DNA of 64,000 nucleotides from Eledone cirrhosa (lineage: Eukaryota): assembly GCA_964016885.1 (NCBI GenBank), contig OZ024743.1, positions 35,526,001-35,590,000 of the forward strand, in the 5' to 3' direction. The notes beneath the pieces were generated by a model, which ran no database searches, had not been told where the DNA came from, and was given only the letters and a program-made list of their open reading frames with translations. Position numbers and translations under genes: made by a program. Shown here piece by piece: positions 28,861 through 43,382 of the stretch (its first letter is position 1; the number at the start of each line of letters is the position of its first letter).

Positions 28861-28901
28861 ATGGAGGAATATCTTCCCACGTGCACTTACATACGCATGT
28901 A

Positions 28902-28995
<94 letters not shown>

Positions 28996-29189
28996 TATAT
29001 GCACATGTATATATATACACGCTATTGGCTGGCCATTGCCTCTCCTGAATTCACCCGCCCCATTGACAGTTTAATTGGGTTACCGGTTTAGTCGCATATG
29101 TTCCGATCATGCAACAGGTTGTACTGGGCTAAATGCTAACAGTGGCGTTCATGAGTGACCTGACATGCGTGTATACATATCAGGTAATA

Positions 29190-29815
29190 ACGAAAGTGCT
29201 CTCCATTCTTTTTAAAAAGTAAATCTCGTGGTGAAGATCCAGCTCAACAGCCCAGAATTGGCTTGTATCCAAGGAAGATTATTCGGAGGAGAGGATATAC
29301 GGGGGAATAATTCATCACGAGCTGCTAGGCGATAACCAAACAATAACAGCCGAAGTCTATTGCCAACAGCGAAGATGTTTGAAAGCAGCTTTGCAGTAAA
29401 AGCACCCATTATTAACAAAGAGAAAAGGAGCCACCCTTCATCAAGATAACGCTAAAATTCACACTGTACAAAAGACCAAAAATCTCCCAGAAAAATATGC
29501 CTCGGAAATTATGCTTTCCTCACCATATTCCCCAGACCTCCAACCATAAGATTACCACCTTTTTAGATGTTCACAAAATCATTTTAGAGGATTAGGCTTA
29601 CTCCAAGAGAAGAAGTCGAAAATGAGTTAGTTTCCTTTTTTTAGTTCAAAATCTAAAGGATTTTATGAAAGTGGCATTAAAAGGTTTATTGACAGCTGGA
29701 GAGAGTTCCTAATGAAAAAATGGTGACTTGATTAATGATTAAATAAAACTAATGTATCCTTTTATTGTTTTAGTGAGTCTTAAAAACGGACAGAACTTTC
29801 CTTATAATCTGATAT
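29190..29815 (+). mobile_element. mariner transposon relic (3' half, frameshifted)
   Basis: Fragments GIIHHELL, TITAEVYCQQ, LHQDNAKIHT, PYSPDL..DYHLF, FYESGIKRFIDSW; TIR-like aaaaacggacagaactttccttataatctga-ta. Confidence 0.85.
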
Positions 29816-30070
29816 AGATATATACACAATTATGTAAAACACATATATACAGACATACACACAATTATGTATAAACGCATATATACATCTATACACACAT
29901 AGATACTTATATGTATACACGCATATATACAACTATATACACATAGATACTTATATGCATACACGCATAGATACATACATGCATGACTACATGCATACAT
30001 AGAGACAGTATACAGGTGCGATAACAGATATTCTGTATTACAAGTGTTTTCAAAGCTATTCTATATTACA

Positions 30071-30107
<37 letters not shown>

Positions 30108-30114
30108 AATATAT

Positions 30115-30186
<72 letters not shown>

Positions 30187-30469
30187 ATGTGTGTGTACAC
30201 ATAGACACAGACACACGCACACACACACAAACACACACACACACACAAACACACACACCCACTCTCTCACACACACACACATATATATATACATAATAAG
30301 TAAAAAATATGAAAAACAGTAATATACGTGTACACAATTGTAAAGGGTATTTTCCGGTCCTCTGAATGGATGCAAAACTTTACAATCTCAAATAAAAGGC
30401 AAAATCTCTTCTGAGGTTGATTCGATATCTAATGAAGCACACTGCCACCAGGGGCTGTTTGAGAGTAAT

Positions 30470-30529
30470 CACACACAGACACGCACGTACCCCCCCACAC
30501 ACACATACACACAGAGACACGCACGTACC

Positions 30530-30566
<37 letters not shown>

Positions 30567-31592
30567 TCACGTGCCCATGCACACACACACACGCACGTAC
30601 CCATACACACACACACATACACATACATACACACACACATACACACAGACACGCACGTACCCATACACACACATACATACACACACACACACACAAACAC
30701 ACACATACATACACACACAGACACGCACGTAGCCATGCACATACACATACACACACACACACACAGACACGCATGTACCCATGCACACACACGCACGTAC
30801 CCATACACACACACACACATACATACATACACATACATACACATACATACACACGTATATTCATATTCACTTATACACACATACACACGTTTATTCATAT
30901 TCCCTTACACACACATACACACATACACGTATATTCATATTCACTTACACACACATACACATACACACCTATATTCATATTCACTTACATGCACACACAC
31001 ACATATACACACACATATATTCATATTTACTTACTTACACACACACATACATACACACATATTCATATTCACTTACACACACATACACACACACACACGT
31101 ATATTCATATTCACTTACACACACACACACACACACACACACGTATATTCATATTCACTTACACACACACACACACACGTATATTCATATTCACTTACAC
31201 ACACACACACGTATATTCATATTCACTTACACACACACACATACACGCACACACACGTATATTCATATTCACTTACACACACACACACACACGTATATTC
31301 ATATTCACTTACACACACACACATACACACCTATATTCACATTCACTTACACACACACACACACACACGTATATTCATATTCACTTACACACACACATAC
31401 ACGCACACACACGTATATTCATATTCACTTACACACACACACACACACGTATTTTCACATTCACTTACACACACACACACTCACACACACACACACGTAT
31501 ATTCATATTCACTTACACACACACACACACACACGTATATTTACATTCACTTACACACACACACACACACACACACGTATATTCACATTCAC

Positions 31593-31627
<35 letters not shown>
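30470..31627. repeat. (CA)n-based minisatellite with fixed spacers (gcacgtaccc, then cgtatattcatattcactt)
   Basis: Direct reading. Confidence 0.92.
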
Positions 31628-31631
<4 letters not shown>

Positions 31632-31945
31632 TGTGGGAAGAGAACGAAAGGTAGAAAAAAAAATGAAAAATGAAAAACAAAACTAAAGGATTCTTTTGTT
31701 CTAAAAGTAGCTTTATAGTTTTCAATGAACAAATCTGTTTTAAGCGGAAATGGAGAGGGTTTTCTATGTCTATACACCTTTACCCCAACATGTCTATTGT
31801 AAATCTCCTAATTGTTTCCGTCTGTACAGAACATTAAATATTTCGAACTTACTATTGATAGTGGGTCTGATATTAAACTTGTTTCTCAATACAACGGACA
31901 GGGGCGGCTTTTGCCGAACACATGGTATTATTAATATTAATATAA

Positions 31946-32137
31946 GGGCGGTGGAGTGGCAGTATGGGTAGAGGGTCTGACGCCATGCTTCATAGCATAG
32001 TTACGTCCCTTTACGGTCTGAGTTCAAATCCCGTCGAGGTTAACTTTGCCTTTCATCCTTACGGGGTCGATAAAATAAAGTACCAGTAATGTACTGGGAG
32101 AATTTGTTGGCCTTGTGCCTAAAGTAGAAACTATTAT
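31946..32137 (+). mobile_element. SINE family 1, tail B, full length
   Basis: Head, core and tail present. Confidence 0.88.
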
Positions 32138-32151
32138 TACTCTTAATATGA

Positions 32152-33885
32152 GAGCGGTGGATTGTCAGTATGGGTAGAGGTGGATTGTCAGTATGGGTAG
32201 AGGTGGATTGTCAGTATGGGTAGAGGTGGATTGTCAGTATGGGTAGAGCGGTGGATTGTCAGTATGGGTAGAGCGGGTGGATTGTCAGTTTGGGTAGAGC
32301 GGTGGATTGTCAGTTTGGGTAGAGCGGTGGATTGTCAGTTTGGGTAGAGCGGTGGATTGTCAGTATGGGTAGAGGTGGATTGTCAGTATGGGTAGAGTGG
32401 TGGACTGTCAGTATGGGTAGAGCGGTGGATTGTCAGTATGGGTAGAGCGGTGGATTGTCAGTATGGGTAGAGCGGGTGGATTGTCAGTATGGGTAGAGCG
32501 GTGGATTGTCAGTATGGGTAGAGCGGTGGATTGTCAGTATGGGTAGAGCGGGTGGATTGTCAGTATGGGTAGAGGTGGATTGTCAGTATGGGTAGAGCGG
32601 TGGATTGTCAGTATGGGTAGAGCGGTGGACTGTCAGTATGGGTAGAGCGGTGGATTGTCAGTATGGGTAGAGCGGGTGGATTGTCAGTATGGGTAGAGTG
32701 GTGGACTGTCAGTATGGGTAGAGTGGTGGATTGTCAGTATGGGTAGAGGTGGATTGTCAGTATGTGTAGAGGTGGATTGTCATTATGGGTAGAGCGGTGG
32801 ATTGTCAGTTTGGGTAGAGTGGTGGATTGTCAGTATGGGTAGAGGTGGATTGTCAGTATGGGTGGAGGTGGATTGTCAGTATGGGTAGAGCGGTGGACTG
32901 TCAGTATGGGTAGAGTGGTGGACTGTCAGTATGGGTAGAGCGGTGGACTGTCAGTATGGGTAGAGTGGTGGATTGTCAGTATGGGTAGAGCGGTGGACTG
33001 TCAGTATGGGTAGAGGTGGATTGTCAGTATGGGTAGAGCGGTGGACTGTCAGTATGGGTAGAGCGGTGGACTGTCAGTATGGGTAGAGTGGTGGATTGTC
33101 AGTATGGGGAGAGCGGGTGGATTGTCAGTATGGGTAGAGGTGGATTGTCAGTATGGGTAGAGTGGTGGATTGTCAGTATGGGGAGAGCGGGTGGATTGTC
33201 AGTATGGGTAGAGCGGGTGGATTGTCAGTATGGGTAGAGCGGTGGATTGTCAGTATGGGGAGAGCCGGTGGATTGTCAGTATGGGTAGAGTGGTGGATTG
33301 TCAGTATGGGTAGAGCGGGTGGATTGTCAGCATGGGTAGAGCGGGTGGATTGTCAGTATGGGTAGAGCGGTGGATTGTCAGTATGGGTAGAGCGGTGGAC
33401 TGTCAGTTTGGGTAGAGCGGTGGACTGTCAGTATGGGTAGAGGTGGATTGTCAGTATGTGTAGAGGTGGATTGTCATTATGGGTAGAGCGGTGGATTGTC
33501 AGTTTGGGTAGAGCGGTGGACTGTCAGTTTGGGTAGAGCGGTGGACTGTCAGTATGGGTAGAGTGGTGGATTGTCAGTATGGGTAGAGTGGTGGATTGTC
33601 AGTATGGGTAGAGCGGTGGACTGTCAGTATGGGTAGAGGTGGATTGTCAGTATGGGTAGAGGTGGATTGTCAGTATGGGTAGAGCGGTGGACTGTCAGTA
33701 TGGGTAGAGTGGTGGATTGTCAGTATGGGTAGAGGTGGATTGTCAGTATGGGTAGAGGTGGATTGTCAGTATGGGTAGAGCGGTGGACTGTCAGTATGGG
33801 TAGAGTGGTGGATTGTCAGTATGGGTAGAGGTGGATTGTCAGTATGGGTGGAGGTGGATTGTCAGTATGGGTAGAGCGGTGGATA
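32152..33885 (+). repeat. 23-26-bp minisatellite derived from the SINE 5' head (about 70 copies)
   Basis: Unit ggtggattgtcagtatgggtagagc vs SINE head ggtggattggcagtatcggtagag. Confidence 0.93.
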
Positions 33886-34040
33886 ATATGCTTTACATTC
33901 TGATTTCAAATGCCGCCCAGTTTAACTTACTTTGTCTTTCACCATTCCGGGAGTGGATAAAATGAAGTACAGTCATGCACTGGGTTCGATATAATCGACT
34001 CACCCTAAATTGCTGCACTTGTACCTAAATCAGATATCAA
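33886..34040 (+). mobile_element. Old SINE family 1 body following the head-derived array
   Basis: ttctgatttcaaat...ctttcaccattccgggagtggataaaatgaagtac. Confidence 0.7.
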
Positions 34041-34069
34041 TTAATGTGAAAGCGAGAGACATAGTACTT

Positions 34070-34260
34070 CGGGTATTCAGTTCAGGATCGAAAGGACATG
34101 ATTTTATTCCCGAATCAGGTGCTTTGTGTTCTTGAACTAACACTATATTTCACGTTGCCCCAGTCCACTCAGCTGGCAAAAATTAGTTGCACCTGTAATT
34201 CAAAAGGCCAGGCTTGACACACGCACTGTGTTACGTTAAATCTCTTTAAGAACTACGTTG
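34070..34260 (+). mobile_element. SINE family 2 fragment
   Basis: gtgttcttgaactaacactatatttcacgttgccccagtccactcagctgg. Confidence 0.65.
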
Positions 34261-34340
34261 AACTGTTGCAGCCTTTATCGAACGCATGGTATTCTTAGTA
34301 TTTATGAAAAGGTGCGTGGTTTAGTGACTAGGGTGTTTGA

Positions 34341-35961
34341 TCATGCACAAACGACAGAAAGAGAGCGTTTTTTTTCAATGCGACATCTTACATAAACCGC
34401 ATTACTTAGATTTCCTGCAATGAGATGTGCCTCGACATTCACGTTGGATGTTCTAGCAGTAACCACTGAGTGTCCGCGGTACCATTCTTCCACTGTCCTT
34501 AGTTCTTGGTGAAATCGTTCACCCTGTTCCTCGCTTAGATCACCAAGGTTATCTGGGAAATGATTCGAATGACTGTAAAGGTAATGCAGTTTGATGCTCA
34601 TTTTACACCCAAGTTTACAGCTATCTATGAATTAGCACCATTCATTTGGTGTGTATTTTTATTTGCCTAGTTTTATCAACAATCTTTGCAAATTGTTGCA
34701 GAAAACAAAATCATTCTCTTGTGAAAAGAAGGGTAGTAAATTCCTTTCTCTGTCGCGATATAACGGGATTTTAGTTCCCGGTAACAGTAATTTTTTCTCC
34801 CAGCCGAGAAGCTAACAATTCAGACGATTTCTCTGAAAGATTTAAGTCTCTGGTGGGATCGTTCAATTCATGTTGACTAAACGTTCTGCAACTAATGATG
34901 GTTCTTTGAAATCATCACTGTCATTTTGCCCACTTTTACTTTCTTTGTCAGTAGTTAATTCATTATCTTCTTGAAGGAGCTCTGGAAAAATCGCTAAATG
35001 ATGGGATAGGTATTTTATTTGAATCTCTAATAGACCGTTTAACTGAGATACGACCATTTACTCCGGTTACATCTATTGATACCCTTAATATTCACCAAAC
35101 AAAAGTAACAGTCATCATTGTGTTTTTTCTGTTCTCTCTATACCATTGGTATACAACATTTCAAGCACATCCTCTTTCTGTTGGCCAATTTCCACTCTGG
35201 AAGGAAATTCTTTTATAAAACATAAGGAAGCAATTGTTTATCTTGGTCCCATAGTTGCTTTTTAAAATAGGCAAAAAAAGCTTTTTTCAAAAATTCAGTT
35301 TTTCTCTGTTCAATGAATGGTTTCTTATATAGGCACAAGGCCAGCAATTTTGGGGGGAGGGGAAAGTCGATTAAATCGACCCCAGTGCGTGACTGGTACT
35401 TTATTTCATCGACCCCGTAAGGATGAAAGGCAAAGTTAACATCGGCGGGATTTGAACTCACATCATAAAGGGCCGTAACTCTTTGCTGCAAAACATGGCG
35501 TCCGACTCTCTACCGATTCTGCCAATCCACCGCCCTCTGTTCAATGAACGTGAACTCTCTGCAAAAACAAAAACAAAACAAAAAACAAAAAAACACCTAG
35601 GTGATTAAAAAACAACAACAAAAAAACAAAAAAAGAAACACCTAGGTGATTCAGACATTTTTTTTCGTGATGAAGCAATGTCAACACCTGTAGCAGGAAA
35701 TAATTCATGTTAGTACAAGTGCTGTACACATTCAAGACTGCGAGATCAGCAAAATCATAGCTACAATTGAATTATACATATACATTTAGATTTACGAGCA
35801 ACTCATAATATCGTCCCTAAAGGGTAATATAGTAGGTAATATCTAAAAACACAAGAGCTGCTGGAAATGGATGGTATATTCTGACAGATTGATAGTATGA
35901 AAATATCCAGAATCAGGTCTAAAATCTCAGACACAAAATAAAAAAATATTGTTCCCCAGTA
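34341..35961 (-). mobile_element. Chapaev3-like (CMC) DNA transposon relic, internally deleted
   Basis: Fragments KKAFFAYF..LWDQDK, PMV*REQKKHNDDCYFC, ELND.TRDLNLSEKSSELLASRL, MSIKLHYLYSH..HFPDNLGDLSEEQGERFHQ; terminus actggggaacaa at about 35960. Confidence 0.8.
35318..35534 (-). mobile_element. SINE family 1, tail A, full length, inserted in the transposase relic
   Basis: 14-bp TSD ctctgttcaatgaa (35304-35317, 35535-35548). Confidence 0.92.
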
Positions 35962-37699
35962 TTATTGATCTGATCGTAAACAAAGGATGTTACAATGTCG
36001 TAATTACGTAAAAATCTCAAGTTTACAGAGTTTTTATGTTATTCAAATCATAAAGTGTACTGTTCATGCAATCTTTAATGCCTTTCCACTAGGATCCAAA
36101 CGCTGTAAAATCTCAATGGCATTCGCTTTCTCTTTACAGGCATGGTAACAGCAACAAGCACGAATACTTGTCACATATATCTACCTAGAACAGAATTGTA
36201 TGGTGAATGAAAACATCACTGATTTCGCCATGCTTTTAAACTCTTCAGCAACCATAATAACAACTGCACTCTTTCTGCCATAATCACCCTCTCACTATAG
36301 CCATCATCCCACCACCACCACCACCGCCGCCGCCGCAACCACAACCACCACAGCATCCACTACCACCTTCACCACCACTACCAGCACCAGCACCAGCACC
36401 AACACTACCACCACCACCACCGCCACCACAACAACAACAACAACGAGAGAGCCTCTACGCGGTCATTTGGACATAGTACAAATAGCAGATAAATGTCTTT
36501 AAAATAAGATTTTAACAGATTATAAAAGAAAGGACCCACATATATATTAAAATAAATAAATAACTAAAGGCAACATGGTGATGGTCTTGGTTGGAATACC
36601 TTTGATCGTCTGCTACATCAGAACTAAATATACAATAGCAGCAGTTATTTTCTTTTGTCGAGTGAGTACTAATCAGGATAGTAGAACATTAAACAGACAG
36701 ATAGGCTGGTGTTTGGACATAATCTGTCGTCTTTCTTAACAGGCTCGGCACAGAATAAAGATAATGATATGTTATGAAAAGGCAGATATGACCATTAATT
36801 TCTGCAAAGGGGCAGTGATGGGGGTTGAGCAATTGAGGGGTAATAGCTGTCTTATCATTACAGAGTAACACAAATGATGTCGTTATCTCAGTGAATCGTG
36901 TGAAGTGTGTAAAACGTCAACTAACTAATCAATTAACTAATCAATAGAAATAAGTAAATGAATCGATAACTATGATTCATTAAAGCAGACGACACTGTAA
37001 AAACAAAACGAAACACAAGAAAAAGATGCCTGACAAATTGATTGGAAATTTAAAATAACAACAACAGAAAAAAACCCAATATATATTGAATTAAAGGCGG
37101 GGTGGGGGATATAACGAAGGCAAGCATGTATGTTATGGATTGAAATAAAATTTTCGTAAATTAAGCTATTTAATGTCGTTTAGTAAAACATATTTTGTCC
37201 ATAATTAATTGCTACTTTAATAGAAGAAAAACCATAGCAAACTTGTAGATAACCTTATTTATAAACATGGCGGATTTATTTATATATTTGCTCTTGTATT
37301 TACTGTTTGTCTTTATGTATTTATTTCTGATATGAAATTACATCGAACGTTTTGGATGGTGGAGAGATGATAGAAGATGCTAATTACTTTGCTAATGGGA
37401 AACTATGATTTGATAAATAGATAAATAAATAGATAGATAAATAAACCAATAAACTAACATTGTAACAATTCACTGATTAAACAGTGAATACCGATTAGTG
37501 TTGCTATTTATACGAATCACTTGGAAAAGGAACGCCAAACTATTCGTCACTTCTGACAATGTACCATGCCTATGCTTCTAACACATTTAACACTGAAATG
37601 ACCCACTAAAGCCTAACTGTAAATAAGTGTCATGAGGTAATGTTTTGCAGTTGTAAAAGCAACTGTGTATTATATTGTAGTTGATGAAAGTCGATACTG

Positions 37700-37900
37700 A
37701 TTTCTAATTTGGAAGAAGGGCAAAATTTGTTAAATCAATTAACCAATACTTGATTGGTACTTTATTTTATCAGTCCCAGAAGGATGAAAGAGAAAGTTGA
37801 CCTCGGTAGGATTTGAACTCAGAATGCAAAGAGCCAGAAAAAATATTGCAACGCAACGGCATTTTATCTGGCGTTTTACCACTTCTGTCGATCCACCATC
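37700..37900 (-). mobile_element. Old SINE family 1 copy
   Basis: ggtactttattttatcagtcccagaaggatgaaag...gatttgaactcag. Confidence 0.75.
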
Positions 37901-37992
37901 TTAGGAAAGACCGCGAATATTGCGGTAACGTTAAACACTGTTAAATAACTTTCCTCACATATATGGTAGCAAGCAGAGAAATCATATATATA

Positions 37993-38020
37993 TGATGAAG
38001 GGCTTATGCCCGAAACTTCG
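37993..38020 (+). ncRNA. Truncated minimal hammerhead (Penelope pLTR type)
   Basis: UGAUGA-A-GGGC-UUAU-GCCC-GAAAC directly after a TA run; T-rich tail to 38110, then (TA)n. Confidence 0.55.
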
Positions 38021-38106
38021 GCCCCCACCCCCACTCTCAAGTGTGAACCTAATACGTCACTGTTCGTACTGCACTCTTTGTTATTATTTTTGTTCTTTGT
38101 TTTTTA

Positions 38107-38176
<70 letters not shown>

Positions 38177-38178
<2 letters not shown>

Positions 38179-38288
38179 GGATGCGGTAAAAACTAAAGAA
38201 CTCGATACTTGGGGGTAGTAGAGTGTGGTAATATGAAAGAGTCGGGACCCCGACGGCTGAGCTCTTGCCGTTTCAACAGCTAGTTCCT
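38177..38288 (-). mobile_element. Element in (TA)n with the 3' half of a type I hammerhead
   Basis: GAAACGGC-aagagcuca-GCCGUC-GGGGUCC; same family as 60175 and 61287. Confidence 0.65.
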
Positions 38289-38974
38289 ATATATATGTGT
38301 GTGTGTATGTGTATGTATCTGTGCGTGTGTTCCAGAGGCTGTTTGTTCTTGAATATTCACTCTAAGTTTGGTGTTTTTCGATTGTTCAATCAAAGAAAAA
38401 AAGAAAGACATTGTGTTGCAGTTTAACAACACTCCGTTAACTTTGTCCTCGATTGAAAAGTATAGATCTAGAGTTGAAGAGATACAAAAACCAGCAACGA
38501 AAACAAGTAGCAACTGCGATATTTGAAGATATTTATGGGGCAGTTTTATTGTTTGGTTTACAAACAATTCCAGTTAGGAAACAGCTTATACAAGAGAAAG
38601 CTTTGGATACCGCAAAACATTCAGGTTACTCGTGATCGCTGCGGGATAACAACAGAGTTATCTGTGGAGGAGGAGCTGACCTTCCAGTACAAAATACGTA
38701 TGGAAAGAATAGTTATTCAATGTTGATGAGATTGGTGTTTATATTTTAATCAGTTGTTACCTCATTGTACTCAAGCAACCAACGAAAATCTCTGTAAAGG
38801 GTCAATACAACGATGAACTGTTTTAAGTTGCTGTAAACTATAGATATACGTGTAATACAGTGAGGTGAAAAACTTCAATTATCTGAGATTATACATGTAA
38901 TTTTAGTGGACAAAAACTTCCTCTAGGAGTATTTAGCACCAGAAACCAGTAAGATAGGCGAGATAACTTTAAAG

Positions 38975-41102
38975 CATCACCGCTATCACCACCATCACCA
39001 CCATCACCACCATCACCGCCACCACCAACACCGCTATCACCACCATCACCACCATCACCGCCACCAAAAGCAACAACAAGAACACTCGTTATCCCTGTTG
39101 CCTTTACCACTGTCGCTGCCGTTACCAAAACTACCACCACCACCAACACCAACACCAATATCACAAACACCACCACCAGCTTCGCCTCAGCCAACACCAC
39201 TACCACCTCCATCACTAACACTACCACCACCACTACCACCACTACTACCACCACTACTACCACTACCACTAATACCACCACCACCACCACTATTACCACT
39301 AACACCACTACCACCACCACAACCACCACCACCACCATCACCACCACCAACACTAATACCACCACACCACCACTATTACCACTAACACCACTACCACCAC
39401 CACAACCACCACCATCATCACCACCACCACCACTAATACCACCACACCACCACTATTACCACTAACACCACTACCACCACCACAACCACCACCACCATCA
39501 TCACCACCACCACCACTAAACCACCACACCACCACTATTACCACTAACACCACTACCACCACCACAACCACCACCACCACCATCACCACCACCAGTAATA
39601 CCACCACCACCACCACCACTATTACCACTAACACCACCACCACCACCTCCACCACCACCACCACCATCACCACCACCACCGTCACCATCACCACCACCAG
39701 CACCAACACCAACACCAACACCACCACCACCACCACCACCACCACCACCACCACCACCACCACCACCACCACACCACCACCACCACCACACCACCATCAC
39801 CACCACCACCACAAATACCACCACCACTACCACCACCACCACCACCACCACCACTACCACCACTACCACCACCACCACCACCACCACCACCACCACCACC
39901 ACTACCACCTCTACCACCACTACCACCACCACCACCACCACCACCACCACCACCACCACTACCACCACCACCACCACCACCACCACCACCACCACCACCA
40001 CTACCACCACCACTACCACCACTACCACCACCACCACCACCACTACCACCACTACCACCACCACTACCACTACCACCACCGCCACCACCACCACCACCAC
40101 CACCACCACCACCACCACCACCACCACCACCACCACCACCACCACCACCACCACCACCACCACCACCACTACCACCGCCACTACCACCACTACCACCACC
40201 ACCACCACCACTACCACCACCACCACCACCACCACCACCACCACAACCACCACCACCACCAACACCACCACCACCATCTCTACCACCACCACCACCACCA
40301 CCACCACCACCACCACCACCACCAAACCACCACCACTACCACCACCACTACCACCACTACCACCACCACCACTACCACCACCACCACCACCACCACCACT
40401 ACCACCACCACCACCACCACTACCACCATCACCACCACCACCACCACCACCACCACCACCACCACCACCACCACCACCACCACCACCACCACCACCACCA
40501 CCACCACCACCACTACCACCACCACCACCACCACCACCACCACCACCACCACCACCACCACCACCACCACCACCACCACCACCACCACCACCACTACCAC
40601 CACCACTACCACCACTACCACCACCACCACCACCACTACCACCACTACCACCACCACTACCACTACCACCACCGCCACCACCACCACCACCACCACCATC
40701 ACCACCACCACCACCACCACCACTACCACCGCCACTACCACCACTACCACCACCACCACCACCACTACCACCACCACCACCACCACCACCACCACCACAA
40801 CCACCACCACCACCAACACCACCACCACCATCTCTACCACCACCACCACCACCACCACCACCACCACCACCACCACCACCACCAAACCACCACCACTACC
40901 ACCACCACTACCACCACTACCACCACCACCACTACCACCACCACCACCACCACCACCACTACCACCACCACCACCACCACTACCACCATCACCACCACCA
41001 CCACCACCACCACCACCACCACCACCACCACCACCACCACCACCACCACCACCACCACCACCACCACCACCACCACCACCACCACCACCACCACCACCAC
41101 AA
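38975..41102. repeat. (CCA)n/(CTA)n trinucleotide expansion with internal block duplication
   Basis: Direct reading; block ending accaaacc repeats at about 40325 and 40885. Confidence 0.95.
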
Positions 41103-41179
41103 CTATTGGACGGTTCAATGATCCATGGCTGCCAATTTGATCCGGTCTACTCGAACATCACCAGGAACAGCACCACTGT

Positions 41180-41902
41180 TATCATCATCATCATCAACAT
41201 CATCTTAATCATCATCAATATCTTAACCATCATCATTATCATCACCATCATCATCATCACCATCATCATCATCAACATCATCTTAATCATCATCAATATC
41301 TTAACCATCATCATCATCATCATCATCATCACCATCACCATCATCATCATCACCATCATCTTAATCATCATCAATATCTTAACCATCATCATCATCCTCA
41401 TCATCACCATCATCACCATCACCATCATCATCATCACCATCATCACCATCACCATCATCATCATCACCATCATCTTAATCATCATCAATATCTTAACCAT
41501 CACCATCATCATCATCAACATCATCTTAATCATCATCAATATCTTAACCATCATCATTATCATCACCATCATCATCATCACCATCATCATCATCAACATC
41601 ATCTTAATCATCATCAATATCTTAACCATCATCATCATCATCATCATCATCACCATCACCATCATCATCATCACCATCATCTTAATCATCATCAATATCT
41701 TAACCATCATCATCATCCTCATCATCACCATCATCACCATCACCATCATCATCATCACCATCATCACCATCACCATCATCATCATCACCATCATCTTAAT
41801 CATCATCAATATCTTAACCATCATCATCATCATCATCATCACCATCATCACCATCACCATCATCATCATCAACATCATCTTAATCATCATCAATATCTTA
41901 AC

Positions 41903-41937
<35 letters not shown>

Positions 41938-42514
41938 CCATCATCATCATCAACATCATCTTAATCATCATCAATATCTTAACCATCATCATCATCATCA
42001 TCACCATCATCATGACCATCATCATCATCACCATCATCTTAATCATCATCAATATCTTAACCATCATCATCATCACCATCATCATCATCACCATCATCAT
42101 CATCACCATCATCTTAATCATCATCAATATCTTAACCATCATCATCATCATCATCATCATCATCACCATCATCATCATCACCATCATCTTAATCATCATC
42201 AATATCTTAACCATCATCATCATCATCATCATCACCATCACCATCATCATCATCACCATCATCTTAATCATCATCAATATCTTAACCATCATCATCATCA
42301 TCATCATCATCATCACCATCATCATCATCACCATCATCTTAATCATCATCAATATCTTAACCATCATCATCATCATCATCATCATCATCACCATCATCAT
42401 CATCACCATCATCTTAATCATCATCAATATCTTAACCATCGTCATCATCATCATCATCATCATCATCACCATCATCATCATCAACATCATCTTAATCATC
42501 ATCAATATCTTAAC

Positions 42515-42565
<51 letters not shown>

Positions 42566-42604
42566 TACCATCACCATCATCATCATCAACATCATCTTAA
42601 TCAC

Positions 42605-42650
<46 letters not shown>

Positions 42651-42665
42651 TTAACCATCATCATC
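41180..42665. repeat. (ATC)n-based minisatellite with ttaatcatcatcaatatcttaacc spacer
   Basis: Direct reading. Confidence 0.95.
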
Positions 42666-43262
42666 ACCGACATCGTCAAAACCTCTATCATGGTACAACC
42701 ATAATTCACTTGTCTCATGCAGGCATACTGACACATTGACTTGATATATCGACCTTTCTCATTTAATTAGACACGAACACACACACACGTGTGTGTCTAT
42801 ATCACTCGGTTTGTCTGTCTGTCTGTCTGTCTGCCTGTCTGTATGTCTGTATGTCTGTCTGTCCGTGAAAGTACGTGACTGATCGTAAAACTGTGAGATA
42901 GATTCCTACACCTGTCGGTGCATTGCGTCCTTGAACAAGACACTTTAATTTTCGTTTCTCCAGTCTACTCAACTGGAAAAAATGTACTCACGGGGTCGTC
43001 TTAACAGCATTATAAGCCCCATCTTTTCTCGTCAAGACAATGCATGAGGTCCCTACATACATAGCTACAACATCCATAGATTAACATAGAGCCCCTAGAC
43101 TCGGTGGACCTATGTGCAAAGCAAGGCACTTGAACCCCTACACACTGCATATAATCACATTATACATAGATTAACATTGTGTTCCTAGACCTGATGGGTC
43201 CGTATGAAAAGCCCACCCCTCTCCAGGCCTGAGTACAGCAGATTTCTTCCAGAGAGAGGAAG

Positions 43263-43382
43263 AATCGACCCCAGTACTAGACTGGTACTATTCTTTTATC
43301 GACCTCGAAAGGATGAAAGGCAAAGTTGACCTCGGCGGGATTTGAACTCAGAGAGCAGAGAGCTGGAACTAATATCACAAAG
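43263..43382 (-). mobile_element. SINE family 1 (older subfamily) body
   Basis: atcgacctcgaaaggatgaaaggcaaagttgacctcggcgggatttgaactcag. Confidence 0.8.

Noticed and set aside
30417-31686. His/Thr-rich ORFs and a repeat-spacer pattern resembling CRISPR
   Set aside because: The spacers are only variable (CA)n; eukaryotic context, no cas genes
36140-36202. Possible exon after tttctctttacag
   Set aside because: Acceptor is good, but the donor and frame are ambiguous and no protein is recognised
41106-42736. Ile-rich and Met-rich ORFs of about 530 aa
   Set aside because: Translations of an (ATC)n minisatellite
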